64,000 nt of DNA, from contig JACPSE010000052.1 in assembly GCA_016193465.1 (NCBI GenBank), forward strand, positions 6,450 to 70,449. The letters are read 5' to 3'. A program made the position numbers and the translations under genes. Positions 56,660 through 64,000 of this stretch are shown here, piece by piece. Every line of letters begins with the position of its first letter. Positions within the stretch are counted from its first letter, which is position 1. The DNA is from Deltaproteobacteria bacterium. GTDB taxonomy: Bacteria; Desulfobacterota; Binatia; UBA9968. A model generated the notes under the pieces. It worked only from the letters and a program-made list of their open reading frames with translations. It searched no databases and was not told the DNA's origin.

Positions 56660-58930
56660 CTAGGCCGGGACGGCTTTAAGGGCTGCTAAGACGCGGCTCG
56701 GAGTGAAAGGGGCCTCGCGCAGGCGCACCCCCGTCGCGTCGAAAATGGCATTGGCGACCGCGCCTGGGACGGGGCCGAGTGACGCCTCCCCCGCGCCCTG
56801 CGCCCGCATCTCAGGACGGTTCAGCAGCACGATCTCGATGTCGGGAACATCCGGGAAGGTCAGGATCGGGTAGCTTTTCCAGTCGACGTTCTTCATCCCG
56901 GATGAATCGAATTGCACTTCTTCCATTAACACCCGGCTTACTCCTTGAATGGCATTTCCCTCGATCTGGGCTTGTACTCCGTTTGGATTGACGATGAGGC
57001 CGCAGTCGTGGGCAACAGTTATCCGGTTGACCCGAACATTTCCGCTCAATTTGTCCACCTCTACCTCTGCGACGATGGCGACAAAGGTTCCGGTTCGATG
57101 CGTCAGCGCTATGCCTCTTCCCTTGGCTGTAGAGCCACTGGAGGCCGGCGCGGGCGATGGCCGCTCTTGCCATTGGGCCTTTTTGGCCGCGGCGAGGAGA
57201 GTCTCTGTTGCTCTCTTGTTGGTCAGATAGCGGAGCCGGAACTGCACCGGATCGACTTTTAGCTCCGAGGCGATCTCGTCCATAAAGGACTCGCTGGCGA
57301 AGGAGCGGGCCGGTTGCCCGGGGGCGCGCAGGTTGCAGGTCCTAAGAGGCGTCTCATCGGGATGCATCCATGGGATCAGCGCGTTCCCCACCTTCTGATT
57401 CTCGAAAGCATAAACCTCCCCGCCACCTTGAGTACCATTCGCGGTTCCTTCCCTTTTCGGTTTAAGGCCGACCTGCCTGGACGCCAGGAGAGGAATCCCC
57501 TCCGCTGCGGTCCTGACGAAGCTCCGGTCCGTGAAGTCCCACGCGACCACTTTGCCTTGGGCATCGACGCCCGCCCGCGCGAGCATCAGTTGTGCCGGCC
57601 CTTTGGGCTCCCAGCCGTGCTCGTCCTCCCGCATCCATTGAACGCGCACGGGCCTGCCGACTGCGCGGGAGAGCACCACCGCATCCTCCGGCACGTCGTC
57701 TGGACTTAGCCGGCCATAGCAGCCTGAGCCCTCCGCGTAAATGACCCGGATGTTCTCTTCAGGAAACCCCAGCAGCTCGGCGATCGCCTTCCGCGTCCTG
57801 AAAGGCCCTTGTGTCCCAGTCCAGATGGTCACCCGATCCTTGCGGACGTCGGCGACGGCGCACGAGGGGCCGATCATGCCGTGCAACTGGAAGGGCCAGT
57901 GATAGATTGCTTCGAAAGTCTTGCCCGCTTGAGAGAGAGCGGCGGCCGGATTGCCTTTCTCGGCTATGACCTGATCTCTGAGGCTCTTTGTGTTTTTCAG
58001 GAGCGCGTACAGCTCGTCCGGGTTGGCGGGAAGCTTGGTGGCTGGCTCGGACCATGTCACCTTAAGAGCCTTGGCGGCTTGGATAGCGGCCCATTCGGTC
58101 TTTGCGACGACGCCGACGAGGCTGCCCTCTTGGACAACCTTCACGATGCCGGGGATTTGTTTGACGGAATCCTCGTCAACGCTCAGCGGCTTCGAGGTTA
58201 CCACCGGCGGGCGGACCACACGGCCATGGAGCATCCCCGGAACTTTCACGTCCTGTGTGTAGCTGAACCTCCCCATCACCTTCGGCGGCAGATCCATGCG
58301 GGGCATGGAGGCGCCGACGATCTTGTACTGTTTGGGGTCCTTGGCCCGGACCTCAGGAGCTAATTTCATCTGCCTGCCGCTCCCGCTGGCAGAGATCGCG
58401 ACGTTGAATCGCTTGCCCCCGATGAGTTTGGCGTAGGAGATACTCTTGGAAGGATTTCCGATAACGCTCACCACGCCGTCCTCGACCGTGAGCCTCTCCA
58501 CGGGCGCTCCCAGGGGCTTCGAGGCGAGGTTCATGAGCGCCTGCCGCGCTGCTGCGGCCGCCTGCCTCAATTGCGGCCCTGCGCTTTCAACGGTTCTGCT
58601 GCCGGTGGTAGAGGACTGATCGACCGTCTTCGCCGTGTCTCCTAAGTCCATCTTGATCCGCTTGAACGGCACATCCAGCTCCTCCGCCACGATCTGCGCC
58701 AGGGCGGTCTCAATGCCGGTGCCGAGCTCTACTTTGCTGGTGAATACCGTGACGCTTCCGTCCCGGGCAATTGCCAGCCAGGAGTTCAGCGACTTCGGAT
58801 CCGGCTCGATGCCGAATGGGGTTTTGGACTGAGCCAGGGCCTTAGATGCGGGCCTCGAAAAGCTGAAGCTTACGATCAGCGCGCCCGTGCCCTTGAGAAA
58901 CTGTCTGCGGGAGAGTGATCTGTCGCGCAT
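56660..58930 (-). CDS. Xanthine-dehydrogenase-family molybdopterin-binding subunit (IorB / membrane-bound aldehyde dehydrogenase beta-like), Tat-exported
   Basis: Tat signal SRRQFLKGTGALIVSFS; aldehyde oxidase/xanthine dehydrogenase a/b hammerhead and MoCo-binding domain-like sequence. Confidence 0.8.
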   Translation of the reverse strand: MRDRSLSRRQFLKGTGALIVSFSFSRPASKALAQSKTPFGIEPDPKSLNSWLAIARDGSVTVFTSKVELGTGIETALAQIVAEELDVPFKRIKMDLGDTAKTVDQSSTTGSRTVESAGPQLRQAAAAARQALMNLASKPLGAPVERLTVEDGVVSVIGNPSKSISYAKLIGGKRFNVAISASGSGRQMKLAPEVRAKDPKQYKIVGASMPRMDLPPKVMGRFSYTQDVKVPGMLHGRVVRPPVVTSKPLSVDEDSVKQIPGIVKVVQEGSLVGVVAKTEWAAIQAAKALKVTWSEPATKLPANPDELYALLKNTKSLRDQVIAEKGNPAAALSQAGKTFEAIYHWPFQLHGMIGPSCAVADVRKDRVTIWTGTQGPFRTRKAIAELLGFPEENIRVIYAEGSGCYGRLSPDDVPEDAVVLSRAVGRPVRVQWMREDEHGWEPKGPAQLMLARAGVDAQGKVVAWDFTDRSFVRTAAEGIPLLASRQVGLKPKREGTANGTQGGGEVYAFENQKVGNALIPWMHPDETPLRTCNLRAPGQPARSFASESFMDEIASELKVDPVQFRLRYLTNKRATETLLAAAKKAQWQERPSPAPASSGSTAKGRGIALTHRTGTFVAIVAEVEVDKLSGNVRVNRITVAHDCGLIVNPNGVQAQIEGNAIQGVSRVLMEEVQFDSSGMKNVDWKSYPILTFPDVPDIEIVLLNRPEMRAQGAGEASLGPVPGAVANAIFDATGVRLREAPFTPSRVLAALKAVPA

Positions 58931-58949
58931 CTTGCTCCTCCTTATTTAT

Positions 58950-59414
58950 TTAGGCTTTCATAGTGGCGGCCCGCTTGACCGCGCGGACGATCCGCGGGTG
59001 ACTGCCGCAGCGGCATAGGTTGGCGACCAGAGCCTTTTTGATCTCGGTCTCCGTTGGGTTGGGGGTTTTATCGAGCAAAACCTTGGCAGCCATGATCATG
59101 CCGTTGAGGCAATAGCCGCACTGTCCCGCCTGCTCTTCGATAAACGCTTTTTGCAGCGGATGAGGACGCGCAACGCTACCTATTCCCTCCAGGGTGATAA
59201 TGTTCCGGTTTTGTGCCACACTCACCGGAGTGCTGCAGGAACGAATCGTTTTCCCATCCATGATGACCGTGCATGCCCCGCACTGCGCTAGGCCGCAGCC
59301 AAACTTCGCACCCTTTAACCCCAGGTCGTCGCGTAGGACATAGAGGAGCATGCTGCCGGGGTCTGTGTTGACGACCCGTGTCTTGCCGTTGACATTGAGC
59401 GAGATTCGCGCCAT
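58950..59414 (-). CDS. (2Fe-2S)-binding small subunit of Mo-hydroxylase (IorA-like)
   Basis: CGLAQCGACTV plant-type 2Fe-2S motif and second CRCGSH cluster motif. Confidence 0.85.
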   Translation of the reverse strand: MARISLNVNGKTRVVNTDPGSMLLYVLRDDLGLKGAKFGCGLAQCGACTVIMDGKTIRSCSTPVSVAQNRNIITLEGIGSVARPHPLQKAFIEEQAGQCGYCLNGMIMAAKVLLDKTPNPTETEIKKALVANLCRCGSHPRIVRAVKRAATMKA

Positions 59415-59670
59415 AGGGAGCCCCTTTTTTTTGTCGACCAGGGTTCCCTGGCCGAGCCGCTTTTGAAGTGCTTATAGGCTGGCTTTTTACTCCTGTCAAT
59501 ACCCGGTTCCTTGCCAAATCTGTGTTCCCGTTCTGGCTAAAGTACTATCAAATAACTCTCCGCCTGCCCCCGTGCCTTTTGCAATACTGCCTAGGGTTGA
59601 CAGCCCAATCGGAGGTGGTCTATTGGAAGCTTAAGCGCCGCGATAAGAAACAGACCAAAGGAGGCGGGCC

Positions 59671-60801
59671 ATGATGATTTCAGTTCTTAACAAAATCGTT
59701 GGTTCCTTCACACTTTTTTTATTATTCATGTTGGCTCCCACGCATGCGGTTGCAGCTAGTCCTACTCTGGTGCAAGCCAAGAAGGAGGCTGAGGCTAAGG
59801 GGTACATCTTTTTTACCACCCACGACGAGATTGTGGCCATGGCAAAGAAGGAGGGAAAACTCAGGGTGATGACCGGCTTTGAAACCCAGACTTTGAAGCC
59901 GCTGATTAATGCATTTAAGCAAAGGTATCCTTTTATGACTGATATCCGTGTTGAGGTGGTCCAGGGCGCGGCCGCTCAGCAGAGGGCTGTCTTGGAGATA
60001 AAGTCAGGACAGGCTAAGGGCTGGGACATCACCCATATATCCCGCGAATTGGCCAGTGAGCATATACCTTATCTGATGAAGCATGACATTTTGGAGATGG
60101 CCAAGCATGGGGTGCTTAAAATCCATCCTGGGATGATACACCCCTTTGAGAAAAACATCGTAAGCGTTACAAGCTCCATAACAGTGGTGTCTTATAACAA
60201 GAAACTTATTTCCGATGATAAGGTCCCGGCTCAGTGGGAGGGTTTTCTGAGGCCTGAGTTTAAGGGAAAGAAATTCGTCTTGGAGCTTCAGTCCACGGCG
60301 ATAGCCAGCCTGGTGCCCGCCTGGGGTCTGGAAAGAACATTGGATTTCGCCCGGAAGCTAGCCGCCCAGCAGCCCGTGTGGGGTAGCGGTAGCCGCAGAA
60401 TTACTACCGCCATGCTTGCCGGAGAGCATTCGCTCTACTTGGGTGGCAGTCCCGGTGGGGTTAAGAGGGCTATGGACAAGGACCCGACAAGAAGCCTTAG
60501 CTACAAGCTCGTTGAGCCTGTCCCAACCAGGATTATTGACCAGGCCAGTGGGGTCCTCAATCCAGCGGATCACCCCCATGCCGCTCTCTTATTTTTGGAG
60601 TTTCTCGCGTCTCCTGAGGGTCAGGAGATACTAGATAAATACGAGCCCCTTAGGGCGTCGGTGTTTACCTCGGGCTCGGTGACAGAGCAGATGACCCGGG
60701 GGAAGAAGCTATCTGTAGTAGACTGGAACCATTACACCAGATATCAGGAATACATGGATAAGATATTTGCAGCCTTCGGTTTTCCGAAAGCGGATAAATG
60801 A
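59671..60801 (+). CDS. Extracellular solute-binding protein family 1 (paralog of 7410..8429)
   Basis: Signal peptide; KEGKLRVMTGFETQTLKPLINAFKQRYPF resembles KEGRVVFYASMEIQNSQRLVSLFEKKYPF of the other SBP. Confidence 0.6.
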   Translation: MMISVLNKIVGSFTLFLLFMLAPTHAVAASPTLVQAKKEAEAKGYIFFTTHDEIVAMAKKEGKLRVMTGFETQTLKPLINAFKQRYPFMTDIRVEVVQGAAAQQRAVLEIKSGQAKGWDITHISRELASEHIPYLMKHDILEMAKHGVLKIHPGMIHPFEKNIVSVTSSITVVSYNKKLISDDKVPAQWEGFLRPEFKGKKFVLELQSTAIASLVPAWGLERTLDFARKLAAQQPVWGSGSRRITTAMLAGEHSLYLGGSPGGVKRAMDKDPTRSLSYKLVEPVPTRIIDQASGVLNPADHPHAALLFLEFLASPEGQEILDKYEPLRASVFTSGSVTEQMTRGKKLSVVDWNHYTRYQEYMDKIFAAFGFPKADK

Positions 60802-62270
60802 AGGAGAAAGAAATTGTTTGTGGCGGAGCGACGGCGAAAGAAAGGAAATTGGAAATGGCGAGGACCATAGCTGAGCAATTAGCAACGGAGGCCAAAGGGT
60901 TAACCTTCCGTGAGCTTCCGCCAGAGGTGGTTCATCAAGTCAAGCGTTCGGTGCTGGATACCGTGGGTATCGGCTTTGGTGGCTTTCTAAGTGAGCCAAG
61001 CCAGATCATTCAGAGTCTGATTAAGGAGATGAACGGTCCGGCCGAATCAACGGTTTTCGTCAGCGGTCTCAAGACCTCTTGTCTGTATGCCACTCTGGCC
61101 AATGGCGCTATGGTCCGCTACCTCGACTATATAGATCGATGCTTCCTCACGAGGGAGGGGCGCATCCTTCTCGGGCACCACTGTGAGTTGATTCCCCCAA
61201 TCTTAGCTGTGGGTGAGCGGCAGCACACTAGTGGTCCGGAGGTCATAACAGCGGTCGTTTTAGCCTACGAACTCTTGAATAAAGTCTATGATTCTACGGG
61301 AGGGAACCATGGCGTCCTACAGAGACGAGGGTGGACGACCGAGACGATGGGACCCCCTTGCATAATGGCGTTAATGGCAGGTAGGCTCCTTGGACTGAGC
61401 GAGGGGCAAATGGCCAATGCTCTTGCTATCGCGGGGTGCTTCACACTGGAGCCTCGCATCTTGCATTCGCCGCACGCGACCAGAAATCTGAGGTCTGCGT
61501 ATGGGGCCTATGGCGGCATCCTTGGCGCCTTATTGGCACAGAAAGGTTTTAAGGGTCCGCTCAATGTGTTTGAGGGGCATCACGGCCTTGCTGAGGTTGT
61601 GGCGGGGGGAGAAATGGACTTGGACAAGTTGAGGCAGTCGAGAAAAGAGTGGACAATCCTCTATACGTGGATCAAGAGATTTGCCGCCGACGGAGATCTG
61701 CAAGGTTCTCTAGAAGCAACTTTAACCTTGGTAAAAGAACACAACATAAGACCTGAAGATGTAGCGGAGATCAGGATTAAGACAAATTCGTATACCTACG
61801 GACTGGCCGATCCGGCAATACGTCGATATCCCAACAATAGGTATACAGCAGACCACAGTTGTTATTATACGACCGCGGTTGCAATCCTGGATCGAGCCGT
61901 AGGACCTGAGCAGTTCTCAGACGAGAAGCTGCGAGATCCCAGGGTCCGTGAGTTGTTAGATAAGATCGTCGTAGAATCGGATCCTAAGCTAGAGAACTTC
62001 AGCTCAGCAGGTATCACAGAAGTCACCACCAAGAATGGCCAAAAATATCGCTGTGAGGTTCTCCAGCCTAAGGGGCATCCTATGAATCCTATGACCGACG
62101 CTGACGTCGAGGAGAAATTCTGCAGCATGGCGGGGAAGTTCATGGGGGAGCAACAGATGAGGCAGATCGTTGATACTGTCTACAATTTAGAGAAGATCGA
62201 TGATATCGGTGAGTTGGTAAAATTGCTGGTGATTCGGGGGCAGGGAGTGGGACAAAAAGGGACGGGCTAG
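60798..62270 (+). CDS. MmgE/PrpD family protein (2-methylcitrate-dehydratase-like)
   Basis: PrpD-like N- and C-domains; ATGA overlap with SBP gene. Confidence 0.7.
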   Translation: MKEKEIVCGGATAKERKLEMARTIAEQLATEAKGLTFRELPPEVVHQVKRSVLDTVGIGFGGFLSEPSQIIQSLIKEMNGPAESTVFVSGLKTSCLYATLANGAMVRYLDYIDRCFLTREGRILLGHHCELIPPILAVGERQHTSGPEVITAVVLAYELLNKVYDSTGGNHGVLQRRGWTTETMGPPCIMALMAGRLLGLSEGQMANALAIAGCFTLEPRILHSPHATRNLRSAYGAYGGILGALLAQKGFKGPLNVFEGHHGLAEVVAGGEMDLDKLRQSRKEWTILYTWIKRFAADGDLQGSLEATLTLVKEHNIRPEDVAEIRIKTNSYTYGLADPAIRRYPNNRYTADHSCYYTTAVAILDRAVGPEQFSDEKLRDPRVRELLDKIVVESDPKLENFSSAGITEVTTKNGQKYRCEVLQPKGHPMNPMTDADVEEKFCSMAGKFMGEQQMRQIVDTVYNLEKIDDIGELVKLLVIRGQGVGQKGTG

Positions 62271-62445
62271 TTTTTTTGTTGCTGTCTCCCCTTCTGTGCG
62301 CCCGAATTCCTACTCCTAAGCCTTCTTGACCTTGACCTGCGTCCCAGAAGCGCCGCCTCCAGTAGGAAATGAAATTCCTTTCAAATTCAATTCCGGTGGC
62401 GACCCCGGCGCTGAAGGACTTAATGACCTCTTAAGATACCTCAAT

Positions 62446-62590
62446 TGCGCAAAAAACCAGCCGTCCCGGTTTGTGCGTGTCTTGCCGTCGACCTTGAGCG
62501 AGATTCGCGCCATAGGGAGTTCCCTTTCGCCAGACAGAATGCTGGCCGACCCGTTTTTAAGCCGCTTATAGGCTGGCTTTTTAACCTTGT
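62446..62590 (-). pseudogene. Remnant duplicate of iorA 5' end plus upstream region (encodes only MARISLKVDGKTR before diverging)
   Basis: ~85-90% DNA identity to 59360-59500 (ccgtgtcttgccgtcgaccttgagcgagattcgcgccatagggag...gccgcttataggctggcttttta). Confidence 0.65.
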
Positions 62591-62660
62591 CAGCAGCCTG
62601 GGTCTGATAGAGTCGGGCTCGTGGCTTGCAAAAAGAACGGCGGCATAGTTAAGTTAAGAT

Positions 62661-62697
62661 AACAGCAGGCAACAGGCGCGAGGCAATAGGCGACAGT
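62661..62697 (+). repeat. GGCAAYAGGCG-family repeat (aggcaacaggcgcgaggcaataggcgac) upstream of ilvD
   Basis: Same words as 44243, 48476, 55318 copies. Confidence 0.6.
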
Positions 62698-62712
62698 CTA
62701 AAGAGGTAAATC

Positions 62713-64000
62713 ATGGCAGAGAATCTCAAGAAACGTAGCAGTGTCATCACAGACGGGCCGGAGCGGGCGCCATCGCGGGCGATGCTCAAGGCGGCGGGCT
62801 TTACGGACGAAGAGCTGTCTCGCCCGATCGTCGGAGTCGCCAATACCTGGATCGAGATCGGGCCGTGCAATTTTCACCTGCGGCGCCTAGCGGCGAAAGT
62901 GAAGGAGGGCATCCGGGTGGCGGGGGGCACGCCGATGGAATTCAACACCGTCTCCATTTCCGACGGCATCAGCATGGGCGCGGAGGGGATGAAGTGTTCG
63001 CTCGTCAGCCGCGAGGTGATCGCTGACTCTATTGAACTCGTCGCCCGCGGCAATCACTTCGACGCGATGGTGTGCATCTCAGGCTGTGACAAGACCAACC
63101 CGGGCGTAGTGATGGCTCTAGCCAGACTGAATATCCCTGGCCTGGCGCTCTATGGCGGCTCTATTGCTCCCGGCCATCTCGCAGGCCGAGACCTGACCAT
63201 TCAGGACGTGTTTGAGGCGGTAGGCGCATACGGCCGCGGCAAGATCAGCGCCGCAGAGCTCAAGGCCATCGAAGACACTGCCTGCCCCGGCGCGGGCGCG
63301 TGCGGCGGGCAGTTCACCGCCAACACCATGTCCACGGTATTGGAGTTCCTCGGCATTTCGCCGCTGGGGAGCAACGGCATCCCCGCCACTGTCAATGAGA
63401 AGGACGAGGCCGCCTTCAACGCGGGAAAGCTCGTGATGGAGCTTCTGCGCCGCGACCTCCGCCCTTTGCAAATCCTTACCCGGAAAGCGGTAGAAAACGC
63501 CATAGCGGCTGTCGCTGCGACCGGCGGCTCCACCAACGCGGTATTGCACCTGCTGGCGATCGCACGTGAGGCAGGAGTCAAATTGAAGATCGACGATTTT
63601 GATCGTATAAGCTCGCGCACGCCGCTTATCGCCGATCTCAAGCCGGGAGGCCGTTTTGTTGCCAACGATCTCTACAAAGCCGGCGGGATTCAGCTCGTCG
63701 CCAAGCGATTGCTTGATGCCGGGCTGGTTCATGCCGATGCTATGACCGTCACCGGCAAGAACATCGGCGAGGAGGCGCAAACGGTTAAAGAGACTCCGGG
63801 TCAGGAAGTGGTGCGGCCGCTTTCAAATCCGCTTAAACCGACCGGAGGGCTGGTGATCTTGAAAGGGAACCTGGCACCGGAGGGATGCGTGGTTAAGGTT
63901 GCGGGCCACGAAAGGATGACGCACGAAGGTCCGGCGCGCGTCTTTAACCGTGAGGAGGATGCTTTCAAGGCGGTGCAACAGGGCAAGATCAAAGCCAATG
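62713..64000 (+). CDS. ilvD: Dihydroxy-acid dehydratase (3'-truncated by window end)
   Basis: MAENLKKRSSVITDGPERAPSRAMLKAAGFTDEEL, CPGAGACGGQFTANTM Fe-S cluster motif; no stop before window end. Confidence 0.9.
   Translation, partial: MAENLKKRSSVITDGPERAPSRAMLKAAGFTDEELSRPIVGVANTWIEIGPCNFHLRRLAAKVKEGIRVAGGTPMEFNTVSISDGISMGAEGMKCSLVSREVIADSIELVARGNHFDAMVCISGCDKTNPGVVMALARLNIPGLALYGGSIAPGHLAGRDLTIQDVFEAVGAYGRGKISAAELKAIEDTACPGAGACGGQFTANTMSTVLEFLGISPLGSNGIPATVNEKDEAAFNAGKLVMELLRRDLRPLQILTRKAVENAIAAVAATGGSTNAVLHLLAIAREAGVKLKIDDFDRISSRTPLIADLKPGGRFVANDLYKAGGIQLVAKRLLDAGLVHADAMTVTGKNIGEEAQTVKETPGQEVVRPLSNPLKPTGGLVILKGNLAPEGCVVKVAGHERMTHEGPARVFNREEDAFKAVQQGKIKAN

Overview
This 64-kb window comes from a GC-rich bacterium that, judging by its lipoprotein and Tat signal peptides, has a periplasm (diderm). 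I found no rRNA, tRNA or CRISPR array by eye.

Most of the window is ordinary chromosome:
- Positions 1–15.4 kb: an EtfAB-linked membrane Fe-S/FAD oxidoreductase cluster, solute-binding proteins, a CapA-family protein, UbiD, MFS and SDR proteins, a rhodanese and an AttH-like protein.
- Positions 32.1–64 kb: housekeeping genes (tilS, ftsH, folP, cdaA-cdaR-glmM, pdxJ, nnr, tsaE, lysC-cimA, cysE, mnmA, mtaB, rnc), a catabolic cluster (CoA-transferase, LLM oxidoreductase, amidohydrolase-like, MFS, IorAB-type Mo-hydroxylase, MmgE/PrpD) and the 5' part of ilvD.

Between about 15.5 and 32.1 kb lies an accessory island that looks AT-richer. It is bracketed by toxin-antitoxin modules: vapBC on the left, and a DUF433/DUF5615 pair whose toxin carries an in-frame TGA on the right. 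The island encodes:
- an ECF sigma factor, followed by two duplicated ECF-type promoters (TGTAAG-N16-CGTCTA) that drive a small secreted protein and a secreted parvovirus-type PLA2-like protein;
- a lipoprotein with a TolB-N/LpoB-like scaffold and a DUF4384-like domain;
- a soluble anti-sigma factor with a ZAS zinc motif (H-x3-C-x2-C);
- a membrane protein combining an N-terminal CHAT (caspase-like) protease, one TM helix, a DUF4384-like domain and a ~65-aa C-terminal tail; that tail recurs as a standalone 73-aa ORF;
- three tandem TPR-CHAT lipoprotein paralogs whose C-termini are near-identical (with identical DNA tracts) and whose N-terminal regions diverge;
- an orphan PIN protein.

This combination of CHAT proteases with an ECF sigma/anti-sigma pair recalls the type III-E CRISPR Craspase / Csx30 / RpoE circuit, but no CRISPR-Cas is present. 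It looks like a candidate undescribed envelope-spanning protease-to-sigma signalling or defence system.

Other notable items:
- a dispersed GGCAAYAGGCG intergenic repeat family;
- imperfect hairpin elements built from stuttering short words in many intergenic regions, including a pair flanking pdxJ;
- a 150-bp duplicated remnant of the iorA 5' end.
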